This document shows positions 49,121 through 61,622 of a DNA stretch of 64,000 bases, one piece after another. The translations under genes and the position numbers were made by a program. Location: positions 1 through 64,000 of the forward strand of contig JAAILG010001424.1 of NCBI GenBank assembly GCA_012026655.1, given 5' to 3'. Source of the DNA: Hydrolagus affinis. Its lineage: Eukaryota. Within the stretch, counting starts at the first letter, position 1, and the number at the start of each line of letters is the position of its first letter. Below the pieces are notes generated by a model. That model made no database searches. It saw only the letters and a program-made list of their open reading frames with translations, and had not been told where the DNA came from.

Positions 49121-49529
49121 CTCAAGTATAGAATAAACATAGTTAAATAATGTATTCATTTGTTTCCTTCATAACATCTACCATTATTTGTGGTTTCAGT
49201 TGAAAATAAATCACCAGATATACTTAAAAAGGTAAATTTACGTTTTTACAGCACCAAAATATCCTTTACTTTGAAGAATAATGCACCTAAATTATAATAC
49301 AGAGCCTGGGGCACTGTTCAAAGCTGACTGCACTATAATTGGTTTCCCTGTATTAAAATTTTTATTGACGCCATACATTTTATAATAATAATATTAATGC
49401 ATTTAGTCTGTAATTTACTTGCTCATCATGGTTTGGATATGGACTATGTAGCATATTACTAAAGCTTTGCTTACTTTCTGCAGAAGTAAAATTTTAGGGA
49501 AATTTTTTTTGGCAACAAGATAAAATTAC

Positions 49530-49661
49530 CGTGCACTCTGTTCAAATGCTTTAATTGCAGCCATGTGCATTTCCTTGCTTCCAAATGCTGTATCCATGCT
49601 ACTTAGCCCTTGTAAACAGGCAGCAACACTGAGCAATTCTTGTTCAACTTTGTGATTATAC
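49530..49661 (-). CDS. CFAP46: CFAP46 exon 15
   Basis: YNHKVEQELLSVAACLQGLSSM...AAIKAFEQSA; phase 2-2. Confidence 0.93.
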
Positions 49662-50092
49662 CTATAGAAATAGAAAGAAAATGAATTAATGAATCATAAA
49701 TTACTGAAAAGCTAGTTATTTTCATTTAACAAAAATGTTTCTTCACCATATAACTGTGATTCCTGAAAATCTGGCCTTTAAATGGAGGGTATGTCCATAA
49801 TACATACAGTCACACCATTTCAGGGGAATTTGAGGATTTTGACTCATTCAGTAGAGGGTTGCTAGCATTTAATCCAGCTGGAGGAAACTACACATCCAGT
49901 AGCAGCCAGTGGACGCACCAAATACCTGTTCATCTCATCAACCAGTGGAATTGCAGTAATATTTATGGCATGATCCAATTGAAGGCAAAGGCATGCTAAA
50001 TTGATGGAATATCACATGACCTCTGAAACCTTGGCAATGAGCAACATGACAAACATAAATATTTTGATATCATAAAATTACACTTTACTCAC

Positions 50093-50274
50093 TTTTCAAG
50101 TTTCTTGAAACCAGCAGTTTTCATAGTTACTCCATCCAGTTTAAATGCTTTCTGGCCACACTTACTTACTAATTCATAATTATGAGAAGTGTAAGCAATT
50201 TGCATCAAACGTGTTAATGCTTCTAGCTCCACCAGTTTATCTGTCCAGAGGCAGTTAAATATTAATTTATTAAT
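50093..50274 (-). CDS. CFAP46: CFAP46 exon 14
   Basis: INKLIFNCLWTDKLVELEALTRLMQIAY...; phase 0-2. Confidence 0.93.
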
Positions 50275-51019
50275 CTGAAAAATATAAACATGTTAATAAT
50301 AGTACAGAAAATGATTCTTGTAATCAAACTTTTAATTATTATACTTTAGTTTTTTTAAAGTAGACTTATAAAGAAATCCTCTTATATTGCAGATATATTT
50401 TAAATTGTGACCATCAAGCTTAGATTGTTATGATCAAGGCATTTTGTTTTCCAAATATGTATTTCTTGATGGAAGTTCTTGATTTCCTAATGAACCGGTA
50501 TCATTTTATCATCCCTTCCGTGCTTTTTTTTAAAAAACAAACGGCAATTTCAGATTTAATTGTCGGAACTCTCAATGTACAACTGAAAATAAAACCACAA
50601 TAAACTATTGCCAATAATTTTTTTACTGCATTGCACATAATAAATTTATAATTATAACACACATAATTCACCCATAAAATACAAAGTCAATCTAGTGACT
50701 GGTCAAAGGTCAAATAATAATCCTTGTGCTTCACAGGATATACTATAATCCAATTACAGTATATTATGTGAAGTGCAAGGATTATTATTATTTCAAATGC
50801 AATGATTATTATTGGTATAAGTAAAAATCATGCTTTACCAATTTTATCGTTCAGTATGTACAATGAAAACACGTTGCATTTATATAGCACTCATGAAGGG
50901 CACCATTTGGGGGAGCTGAACAGGAGTTTTATACAAGGAGATATTTACTGTATTCCAAAATACTGTACATTGATTTCCGATTTTTCTGTAATATATAAAG
51001 ATTGAATACATCTGCTTAC

Positions 51020-51124
51020 ATCTGAAATGTTGGGAACATTGAATTTCATTAGGTTCAAGTTGTTGCATGAGTACATTTCTAGAGGAACAAGAGCCTTTGC
51101 CATTGGATTTTGGCCTTTATTACG
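51020..51124 (-). CDS. CFAP46: CFAP46 exon 13
   Basis: RNKGQNPMAKALVPLEMYSCNNLNLMKFNVPNISD; phase 0-0. Confidence 0.92.
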
Positions 51125-51522
51125 CTGTTAAGGTAAGCAAACAAATGTTTAGGTTATGATTCACAGTACATAAATTACAGAAAAAAACTACCTACAATAG
51201 TTCATTATTTTGATTTACATGATGCTAAAAAGAAACGTTTTGTTAAATTCAAGTTTCTTTCTTGTCTGTATAACTTCATGCCATACAAGATGGTCTCTAC
51301 CAACAGGCAACTGTGAGAACCTGAAAAGGGAATACTGTAACTGGAAACACTTCACATGACTAAAGAAAATGGTTGATAATGACGTTGGACTGTAATTATA
51401 AAGATAGACAGTGAAATAAACTATTTTTCTGATTTGGAAGAAAACATAAACCAAAGGTCAACTAAAAGTCACAGCATTAAACAATGTCTTACATGCCCCA
51501 GAGTAGGGGAAGATTAGCTGAC

Positions 51523-51570
51523 CTGACTTTGGCGTGAAGCCCTTGGTTCAGAATCTTTGGAGGATTTTCC
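51523..51570 (-). CDS. CFAP46: CFAP46 exon 12 (48-nt candidate cassette exon)
   Basis: TATCTTGCAG| GKSSKDSEPRASRQSQ |GTCAGC; phase 0-0. Confidence 0.55.
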
Positions 51571-52479
51571 CTGCAAGATAAAATTTCAAATTTTGAGTGA
51601 GTTTTTTAATGCTTTTAACATACAATTTTCATAATCATCGTCCTTGCATAGAGCACCTTATCACATCTTCAGGACATCTCAAAGTGTTTCACAGATTATT
51701 CTGTAAAGTGAATCACTGTATATTTTGTGGGCAAAACACAGTAGATAATTGCACCCAGTACTGCATAGGATGTCCCATTATCCAATTTGTATCAGGAAAA
51801 TAAGTGAAAGTTGAGTGAATTAAGAATTCTTTTGAAATTTTCTAGTGTCTTCTTCCTCTCCTGAATCTTTTTTGCTTCGTGAGGTATTATTCTACAAATG
51901 GCAGTGCAAGTGGCTATTATTTATTTGTGAGTCATGATCAACTAAAATGAATATCCATATTGAAGCTTAACCTTACCCACTTTGGATCATCCCCAGGAGC
52001 ATAGAACTGGCTAACTCTTTAAACTCCTTAACTCAGCAATCTGAAATAAATTATAATGCCCCTAACTGATCCAACATAAAAAAAGACAATTCAGTCATCA
52101 GGGATTTAAGCCTGCAACCTTATATTCTGCATGGTCCCGTGCTGCACAAGGTGTGCCTTTATTTACATGGTGTCAGAGAATTAAACATGAAGGTTGAGTG
52201 AATTAAGAATTCTTTCAAGATAATTACTTAAAGGAGTAGCAATATTGAGGGTTCCTCTCATCACATATTTTGCATGTCTGTGGAAAACTGAAGCCTGCAC
52301 TTTATACATCTAATATTGTTCACAGACGGCATCTAAATCTAGAACAGTAGTTCTATAGGCAGTATTAATGCTGGAAAGGTGTGAATCAATTATTGAAAAT
52401 GTTAAAACAAATTGTTAATGTGAAATGTGAAAAGTAGCTGCCATGGTTAAGGTATTCACATATCCAAGAAACTAATTAT

Positions 52480-52760
52480 TTGGGGTAGATAATTACTTGA
52501 GGACATGTTTGCAGAGCTATAGGGAGAGAATTGGGAAGTGGGATTGGGATACTGCAGAGTGCAATTGGTTGTCGCGTTTCAACCACAAATATAGTCAATG
52601 TACAGTATATTCCGTGAAGTGCTCTAGAAGACGTGAAAAGTCTATATCAAATGCAAGGATTATTATTATTGTTGTATTACTATTGATTTGGATCGATCTT
52701 TTCAAAGACACAATGGGCAGAGCAGCCTCCTTCTGTGCTGTATAATTCTATGATTCTATG
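52480..52760 (+). mobile_element. CR1 3' end interrupted by a SINE A 3' half (about 52550-52670)
   Basis: CR1 tail gggcagagcagcctccttctgtgctgtataattctatgattctatga. Confidence 0.65.
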
Positions 52761-52860
52761 AAACAGAAATGAATAATACCAAGTATAATTAATGCATCAA
52801 CCAAATTAATCAGTCTTCAAAATACACGTCAAAAATGCACAAGTTTAAAAACTATCTTAC

Positions 52861-53010
52861 CTCATCTTCAATTCCCAGCTTTGATCCAACTTGCTGCTGA
52901 AGAAGCTGTTTTACTCTGACCCAAGTGATCAGAATATGATGTCGCACAGCAACGGGAACAATACCAGCGTGTTCAGCTCCGCTTGTGATAAGCAATGCAT
53001 ATTCACAGAC
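52861..53010 (-). CDS. CFAP46: CFAP46 exon 11
   Basis: VCEYALLITSG...VPVAVRHHILITWVRVKQLLQQQVGSKLGIEDE; phase 0-0. Confidence 0.95.
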
Positions 53011-53756
53011 CTGCAGTAAAAACACATTGTATTTGTTATAATGCGATTATTCTCAAATTATTTTAAAATATACAGAGACCAATGCCTTTATCAGTTTTAG
53101 AATTATGTGTCTAACAGAATAGTCACATTTTCAGTGAGAATCAACTAGATAGTGAAAAGGCATGCTCTTTAGGCTTATGTACAAAAGTGCCACAATATGT
53201 GATTATAAGTTATATGTTTTGCCTCTTATGATAAAATAAGTAAGGAATAATAAGCAAGGAATGTCACCAAACAGAAAGCAAACAGTATCACCTTGCAGTA
53301 GTATTGAACACCATTCATTCTTTAAATAATTAATTTTAGTAAACAGATATGAGCAAAAGCCTCAAGGAAGTCATACCACAACAATCATGCTATTCATAAA
53401 TCATTAACCTTCTAAATATTACACTATGCTGATGTTATAACACAACTTCATGAAGATAATATTATGCCAGATTACTGATATAAATAACTGTTTGCACTTG
53501 CAAATGGGTAAATTATGTCACTGCATTTTGGATGTTGGAATTGTAGCTAAGGAAAAACCTATATAAATTAAAATTCTGTTGTCCTCATTGTTACACTTGT
53601 AGATTACTGAAAGTTGTATGCTTGCTGTGATTCTGGTCAGTTGATTTTCTTCACGTTCATTTTTGTTCATTGTTCAATTGAGCACAATGTTTTAATCTGG
53701 GATAGTACCTCAAGATTAAAACTTTTGAGAAAAATATCTTGAATTAATTTCCATAC

Positions 53757-53973
53757 CTCCAATGCTTTATTCACATAAGGAATGCCTTCAGGTTCAACTG
53801 AAAGAATCTGTGGAGCACTTGGCTTTTCATTTCTCTTTACCAGTGATTTTTTCCCTTCTCCTGGAAGCTTATCGGATTCTTTTTTCTCAATTTTGCCAAC
53901 TGGGTTGGGGATCCAAGGTTGAATCAAGCCTTGAGCTAAGGCGTTACACAACATTACCAAAAGAATAGTCTCC
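53757..53973 (-). CDS. CFAP46: CFAP46 exon 10
   Basis: ETILLVMLCNALAQGLIQPWIP...VNKALE; phase 2-0. Confidence 0.95.
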
Positions 53974-54014
53974 CTACAAATGGAGCCGAAAAACATTTTT
54001 GTTATGTATGTTCA

Positions 54015-54770
54015 ACACCAGATTCTGTGACCCTATTACCCCCAACCTCGCCTGCCTCCACTGGCTCCCCATCTCCCAGAGGACAGAGTTCAAAATTTTC
54101 ATCCTCGCCTTCAAAGTGCTCCATGCCCTTGCTTCAGCCTGCTCTACGTCCCCCACCCAGCCTGCCCCACCATCGGCAGTCAGGCCTTCAAGCCTCACTG
54201 CCCCAATCCTTTGGAACTCCATCCCACAGTCGCTTCACCACATTCTTTCCCTTTCTTATTCTCTCCCTTTCCTCCTTCAAATCAAAATCAATCAATCCAT
54301 TTTGATTGATTTGATTTGATTGATTCCTCCTTCAAGGCATGTTTCAAGACCCTACTCTTCGACCATCACCCTCCTACCCTCCCTGCCCCAGACCCGTACT
54401 GAACCAATACCCTTCTCGGGTCCAAATCCTTGACAGTCCAGTCTTGGGACGTCCACCTGACAAGTAACTTTGGACCACTAGTTGTTTCTGATTACACAGA
54501 ACAGAATGTTGCTGCCACTTCATAGAATAAGGTAGCCAACTCTATATGAATTAGTAGTAATGAAGATGATGTCTGCCACAGTCTTTGGATTGAAACATTT
54601 ATAAAGGAAGATTGGCCTCTTCGATGGTCTCATCGTTCATCCCAAATCCCCTTCTTTCCCACCACTCTCCCCAATCCCAATCCCAGCTCAGGTCTGAAAC
54701 ACTAACTGTCCAGCGCCTTGGGACGTCCTCCCAATGTGAAAGGCGCTAGACAAATTTTATGTTGTTGTTG
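54015..54770 (+). mobile_element. L2 LINE 3' fragments (about 54015-54460 and 54640-54770)
   Basis: DPITPNLACLHWLPISQRTEFKIFILAFKVLH; gcgccttgggacgtcctcccaatgtgaaaggcgc...(TTG)n. Confidence 0.85.
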
Positions 54771-54966
54771 ATAGCACAAAAACAGTTAACAATTATTGAC
54801 TGAAATTCATAACTTTTTACTAGATTTGACAAATGTTATGAAACTTTTTTTTAAAAAAACTTAAAAAAAAGTTGTTACCTGCTGTGTAGAACTTTTAAAT
54901 AAATCAATGACATTTTAAAAGTAATTGAAAACCAAATGTCTTCATCATATGACGATTCAAACTTAC

Positions 54967-55179
54967 CCCAAATGCCCAGTTTGCTTTATTGCATCAAGTA
55001 AAGACTGGAAAGTATCGACAAGCTCTCTGTATCTCCCAGCAATTAAGAGATGATGATTATAATTCCAGAGATACATTGTTGCATTGCACACTATCAAAGG
55101 ATCTTTTAATTCCACTCCCAATTCTGAACCTCGCAAGAAATTCTTTGTAGCATACTGAGACAGAGAGTCTATCCATTCT
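54967..55179 (-). CDS. CFAP46: CFAP46 exon 9
   Basis: EWIDSLSQYATKNFLRGSELG...NATMYLWNYNHHLL...; phase 2-2. Confidence 0.95.
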
Positions 55180-55608
55180 CTTTAAATAAACACAGTAAGA
55201 GTTAAGGGCTGAACGTTACTGTTATTGTATTTTCTTATTGATCAAAATGTTGTACTTTTGTCCATATTTACAAAATTGAAATATCATAGTGATGTAAACT
55301 ACTAGTTCTTATTGGATAATGATTCTGTCATTTTCACTTGCACACAATTTAATTTGGAATGACAAACCAAGTTAAGTTTTCTCTCCATAAACCAAAGGCA
55401 CTAAGGCACCTTGGAGTACTTGAACTGAAATGTGCAGTGCTTTTACCCATTATACAATTGATAGGGGTATTCTTGGTTTACAAATCACTTTAAGTCTACA
55501 AAAATGCTCCACAGACATTGTTTTACATTACGTGCTGCATCATTTTCTACAAAATACATTAACAAGTTTTAAAATATGTAAAGAGAAATCAAACTAAGTT
55601 TGAAATAC

Positions 55609-55742
55609 CTGTATTGGATCCATTCTGGATTTCCTTCTGGATTTGGGGCTACATGTCCTTTATGGTGCTTACTTTTATCATTTGGTGGAATTGGATGATT
55701 GTTGAACTGAATATCTTCTCTGTTCAACAAGGCGATTGTAGC
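55609..55742 (-). CDS. CFAP46: CFAP46 exon 8
   Basis: ATIALLNREDIQFNNHPIPPNDKSKH...NPEWIQY; phase 0-2. Confidence 0.93.
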
Positions 55743-56050
55743 CTGAAATTATTAGAATACCACCAAGCTTTAAATTGAGGCAAAACAAATGTCAGCAATT
55801 GACAAATTAGTTCTAATATCAAAAACAATTACATTGAACATTTAGTGCAAACATACTTGAAAGTATTCCAAATAAATATATGAAATTAGTAGCAGTCAAG
55901 ATATGAGATCTTATTTCACAATTAGTACCACAATTCAGAATGTAAAATACAAATAATCAGAGAGCAAAGTTTAACACCATACTTGAAATAGATATTTTGA
56001 ATCTAAATATGGAATAAAAGCACTATAGGAATATGCGGGACGTGAAAAGA

Positions 56051-56412
56051 CAACAATTTAAACTTATAAAGCGCCTTTCACATCGGGAGGACGTCCCAAG
56101 GCGCTGCACAGGAGACGTGTGACCCGAGCTGGGAGGGGAGTGTTCGGGAAGGGGTGAAACACGTAGGGGAGGTCGAAAAATTCAGGGGGGAACAAAAGGC
56201 ACGGTCGAAGAGGAAAGTCTTCAAACCGGCTTTGAAAGAGGAAAAGGAAGAAACAAGGCGGAGGGATTGGGGGATGGAATTCCACAGGGTGGGAGTGGAG
56301 AAACTGAAGGCCCGGCCTCCAACGGTGGGGCGGTTCGGGCAGGGGGCTTGGAGCAGGCCAAGTCCTGCTGAACAGAGGGTCCGGGTGGGCTTATAGGGGG
56401 AGAGTAAATCTC
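56051..56412 (-). mobile_element. L2 LINE 3' fragment (CpG-retaining)
   Basis: aagcgcctttcacatcgggaggacgtcccaaggcgctg plus ORF2 end. Confidence 0.85.
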
Positions 56413-56924
56413 AGACCAGTCCAGCTGACCAGTTTGAACAAACCTAAACTTGATTTCTAATAAAAATGGTTATAATTAGAAATATCTATAAATAAGGATT
56501 ACAATTCTGTAAAGTGCCTAAATATTTTCTCATGTAAAAAAACAAGTTGGTTTTAAAGACTGATTATGGTAGTGGGTACTTTCACAATATTAAACTCCAA
56601 GAATTTGTTGTTTTGTAATAATCTCAACAGAGCTAATGGTTTTAGAACATCTATTGGAAGTGTTAATTACCATGATCAATGGAAATTAATGGTGAAAACG
56701 AGCTTCTGTTGACATCATTTATCCACCATTATCTTATGAAGTGATTGCTCACCGATCAACAATCTATTCCTCTAATCTTTCTGTTTTTAATTTATCAATC
56801 AGTTGTTATATTCATATGTCATACACACATATAAATATTGATAAAATTTTCAAAAACAGTTCCAAACTCCACTTCAATGCCACCATAGCCTAGTGGTAAA
56901 CTAAATAGATGTTGAACATCATAC

Positions 56925-57058
56925 CTCTCCATTGATGAAGCTCACATCGACAAAGAGTCGAAGCAAATCCCTTTCAGAAGCACAAGCTCTGTTTTGCTGA
57001 CGTGATGTTCCTGGAGAAAATTTAACAGCACAGGTGTCTTCTATTGTTTTTCCCTTTC
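56925..57058 (-). CDS. CFAP46: CFAP46 exon 7
   Basis: ...SERDLLRLFVDVSFINGE; phase 1-0; follows a 91-nt intron. Confidence 0.92.
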
Positions 57059-57149
57059 CTGCAAAAAAATCCATGTGTTAATTAAATACATTCTCTTATC
57101 CATTTTAAAAGACTTTCTTTAAAGAAATAACTTTTAGTTCTGTTCTCAC

Positions 57150-57277
57150 CTTTACTAGGATATGTCATTTTCCATCGGCCATCATCATATAATAAGCAAA
57201 ATCGGCAAGCTGCTCGAGATACATCCCAAATTTCTTCCTTACGTGCAACTTTAGCTAAGTCTGCCCAAAGTCTAACT
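57150..57277 (-). CDS. CFAP46: CFAP46 exon 6
   Basis: VRLWADLAKVARKEEIWDVSRAACRFCLLYDDGRW; highly conserved; phase 2-1. Confidence 0.97.
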
Positions 57278-57831
57278 CTGTGGATCAGGATATTTAGGTT
57301 CAATTAATTACAAACCAAGAGTTTGTCTTCAATTTACTACGAACAGAGTGCCAAAGCATAAATTTACATCAGGATTGCTCACATTTATTTTATCTGTACT
57401 GTAATAATAGATACAAATATGACAAATTACAGATGGATACTTTGTTGGTGTTTAATCTACAGTTTATTAACCTCCATTTTCAACCTCTCTATTCTTTCAT
57501 TTAAAAAAGCTTAACTACAATGAATGCTTATTTGTTACGAAACATAATTCTGCTACTGACAGGGAAATTGACTGAAAGATCACAGAGAGCTCTAAATGTT
57601 GCGTGAAATGAAACAAAGATACAATTTTACTTCAAAGATATTATTTATATATTAACTATACAGGAGAAATAACTATCCTCTTTTTGTATTGAAATGCCAC
57701 ACGTGATAATGCTGTCTTGTCTGGTTTACTTATTTTTCTAAGTTCTAATGCATTTTATTCTCACTCCATTGTGATTAGAAAGGAAAATAGATACAATAAT
57801 TTACTGTTAGTGTTACACAGCATTCCCCTAC

Positions 57832-57958
57832 CTCATTTTGTCATTCACAGTTCCAAGTCTGTCCAGATGTCCGCCAACTTTCTGAATACAATTAATGTGA
57901 TGTTGAGCTCTGGCAGCTAGTTGACCAATTAAACCAGAAGTATCTGGATTTATTGAAA
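57832..57958 (-). CDS. CFAP46: CFAP46 exon 5
   Basis: ...QLAARAQHHINCIQKVGGHLDRLGTVNDKM; phase 1-2. Confidence 0.93.
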
Positions 57959-58700
57959 CTGACAGACACATGGTACTAATTAGTTACAGATGCTGAAGAA
58001 ATAGCGATGTTAATTCTACTTCTACCAATAAAAATAAAATTAAGAGTGATTTAAACTGTAATAATAATAATCCTTGCAATAGATACCACACCCTGCGTGG
58101 AGGACACTATATCAATGTAAGTTGTTGTTGTTTGTGTACACGTGCAAGTTGTTGTTGTATGGCACCTTTCACATCAGGATATACTGTGAAGTGAAGTGTC
58201 TGGTTATTTGTTTTGTGAATTCTGCAGACAATTTGTGCACAACAATATCCCACAAACACCCATGAAGTGAATGACCAAGTTTATTTGAGGAATTTGGGGC
58301 CAAGAATTGGCAGAAATAAGCATCACAGACAGCCACATCAATGTTCTTAGCTACTTATAATTTAAGGGAATCCTTTCAATCCGTAATGAGTACTTTCCAA
58401 TTATCCAGTCAAATTACCTATTTAACGTAAATTAAGAATTATCTACTGACAAATTCAGATAGAAGGCTCCAAAATAGATTAAACCAAACCATATAGATTT
58501 TATTTTCTAACCCGAACAGACACAGATGGGCTCTGGGTATAGTGTCACATCCTCAGGACTATCCTGGAGTACCAGCTTCGACTATGCGTTCAAAGACCTA
58601 CAATAAGATTTGAACCCCCAAACTTCAGAGGTGAGAGTGCTACTAAATGAGCCAGGTTGACATCTAATGGAGGGAACTCCTGAAACAAAATGTAGTACTG

Positions 58701-59358
58701 CATAGCTGCCAACCTTTTTTAACAAAAAAAAGTACTCCTGAAAGCCAAAAACAGTATTTTATAGTAAAAAAAAGTATTTTCCCCAGAACCTACCGGTACT
58801 TAATGAAAAAATTACAACGTGAAAAGATGCCAAGTAAAATGGGACTTCAAAACCCCTTGTTAAGCAAAAATTGCATTAAGAGGGAGTTCCCGACTGTGTT
58901 TCCTTATATAAAAAAAATTGTTCCCAGGAATGCCTTGCACCTAGCCAAGCGCTAACATTTACAGTGTACCAGCGATGGCAGAAGTAGATAGCACTGCTAT
59001 TGAAGGCAGGGAGAGAGAGTTAAAGAGAAAGTGACTGAGACAGAGAGAGAGAGAGACTGTGAGTGAGATTGTGACAGCCAGAGACTCAAACAGAGAGAGA
59101 AAGAGACACAGAAAGAGAGAGATACAGAGAGGGACAGACAGAGAGAGGGAATGAGACACGGAAAGAGAGAGACAGAGAAAGAGACACAGAGAGAGAGAGA
59201 GACACACACACACACAGAGAGAGAGACTGAGAAAGAGAGACAGAGAGGAGAGACAGACAGACAGAGCATGGAATTTCCAAAATTGGGATTTTCCAAAAAA
59301 CGTATTTTACCAATTTATCATACTAAATACGGCAAAAACGTACCGGTTGGCAGCTCTG
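58701..59358. mobile_element. hAT-like non-autonomous element carrying a Tigger-like fragment and (GA)/(CA) microsatellite
   Basis: TIRs CATAGCTGCCAACC / GGTTGGCAGCTCTG; gtactg on both flanks. Confidence 0.75.
59008..59266 (+). repeat. Complex (GA)n/(CA)n microsatellite
   Basis: Seen directly. Confidence 0.95.
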
Positions 59359-59427
59359 GTACTGCTTTCACAGCCAAGAGTTTCTAGTTCTGGACAATAT
59401 ACTTGATAAAATTGAAGAATAATTTTA

Positions 59428-59556
<129 letters not shown>

Positions 59557-60031
59557 CTATGTCAAAAAATTTATAAATGGCTATTAGTTAACTTAAAAAT
59601 AAATACAGTATAACACTACTTATACCTAAAATGATAACAGCATAGCTTAAGTGTTTTTTTGGAACAAAATCACAAAACTATGCTTAGTTTTCATGTTTAG
59701 TAACCACATTTCTCTATTTCCCTAAACAATAGTTGATTTGAAATGTCAACTGTTATTTAAGGAAATAGGGAAATGTTGCTTGCAAGAAAAATGAAAAGCA
59801 TTGAAAATTGTAGCTGTTGAGATTGAGACTATAACAATATTTAAGGGGGAACTGAATACATCTTTCGAGAAGGAAAATATAAAAGCATACAGGGGAGAAC
59901 AGAAAACTGGAATTAGAATAATTAATTACAATTTATAATTTCTACCATTCTATACATAAAAACTGAATGAGTTTAAATGCTTTCAATGTAACAGAACCTT
60001 TCCATGGGACATAAAATGATTTGTCTTTTAC

Positions 60032-60260
60032 CCGTTCAATAATCTTAGCTGCCTTGTCCTCTGGGATTCCAGAAGTTTCATATAGCATTGAAGATATTTC
60101 CAAACGATGCAGTGCTATTTCAATATTTTCCTGGTATGGGCTTCCATTACCAAAATAATGCGCCTTTTTAAGATGCTCCATTGCAACATCTATCCGATCA
60201 TCCTCTTCCTCAATGTAAGCTACCTCCATATGAACTTGACATCGAAGCTGGATCAACAGA
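60032..60260 (-). CDS. CFAP46: CFAP46 exon 3
   Basis: LLIQLRCQVHMEVAYIEEEDDRIDVAMEHLKKA...EDKAAKIIER; phase 2-0. Confidence 0.97.
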
Positions 60261-60849
60261 CTAAACAACATTCAAAAGAGTAAATTAAATTTCTTTTCCA
60301 AATACTGTACAGTGTAACAGAATATTTCTCTAGAGTTTTCATACACCAAAAATTTAAGTTCAGAGCAAAATGTTAGGTTCTTCTGATTTTAAACATCACT
60401 CTATACCCACTTTAGTAAGTTGATACATTTAGAAAAAAAAGTTTAAACTATCTTTCAGATAAAATACTGCATTTTAAATTGCCAATTCCATACTTTAGCT
60501 CAATAAAGGCAGACGTTATCAACATCAATGTGACAGGGGGTAAAAGAGTAATATTTCATTCCATTGGAATATGTTTTTAACTTACAATAATATAATGGGA
60601 TGAGGAAGAGGATATCCCAATAGCATTTTATTCAAAACAATAAATTGCAGCATAGCTCTGTAATGTTGTACATATTGGATACTGAAGATTAATCAATGTA
60701 CTTATAAAGTAATATTATCAGTCTCAGATAACATCAAACTAAGAAAGTAAATTATGTTATAATGTCATCTGAACTGTAGGGTTAAATTTTACAATTAATG
60801 AATTTTGTACCTTACAAAATTCTCTTGCCAGAGGCAGAACTATAGGACG

Positions 60850-61136
60850 TAATAATAATAATCCTTGCATTTGATATAGCTCCTTATCACATCTTCTAGA
60901 CGACTCAAAGCGCTTCACAGAATATACTGTAAAATGAATTGATTGTATATTTTGTGGGCGAAATGCAGCAGCCAATTATGCACAGCAGTGGCCTGTAAAC
61001 AGTCGTGGATTGAAATGACTAATTCAATATTGTTTTTTTGGAAGGATTATTATCAGGCATTTGCTCTAACCTGCCGGGAATTGATCGCAGGTCTCTCGCT
61101 TGCAAGGCGAGTGCTCTAACTACTGAGCTACAGGGC
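60850..61136 (-). mobile_element. SINE (family A), internally deleted
   Basis: Head GTAGCTCAGTAGTTAGAGCACTCGCCTTGCAAGCGAGAG, tRNA-Ala(TGC)-like. Confidence 0.88.
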
Positions 61137-61431
61137 ATGTGTGTGTGTGGGTGGGGGGGGGTGGGGGGGGGTGGGGAGTGACTAGAAGCTTGGTTCCATT
61201 TAAAAAACAGTTTAATGGGAAGGCAAAAGGGTAGTGATTTGGTCTCTTCTGATGTGGTATCTGACTAAAATAGAAATCTCTCGCTGCATTGCTTTTTGGG
61301 GAATTGTAAAGCAATAGAATATCTAAACTGCATCTAATCCACATTATGTTAGAGACTGTTCAATGGTGATTTCAAATAAGCAAACAGTTATGTTGTACTA
61401 CAACTGTCCTTTTGCTTTAAACTTTAGTTAC

Positions 61432-61622
61432 CTGTCAATCTCATCCAAAATCTTTGCCACGTTGCTTAGTGATTTTTTCACATGTTTACGCAAACTAGGT
61501 TGAAGTAAAGGCAGACAAACATTCCATTGGGTCACACACACAACCTGAATAATATTAGGATCCCCCTCACGTATAGCATTTTGAAGAGCTTGGTCCAATC
61601 TCCTAATTGCTCCCAAGCTTTT
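61432..61622 (-). CDS. CFAP46: CFAP46 exon 2
   Basis: ...LDQALQNAIREGDPNIIQVVCVTQWNVCLPLLQPSLR...; phase 0-2. Confidence 0.97.

Noticed and set aside
58959-59387. SL- and ER-rich ORFs
   Set aside because: Microsatellite translations
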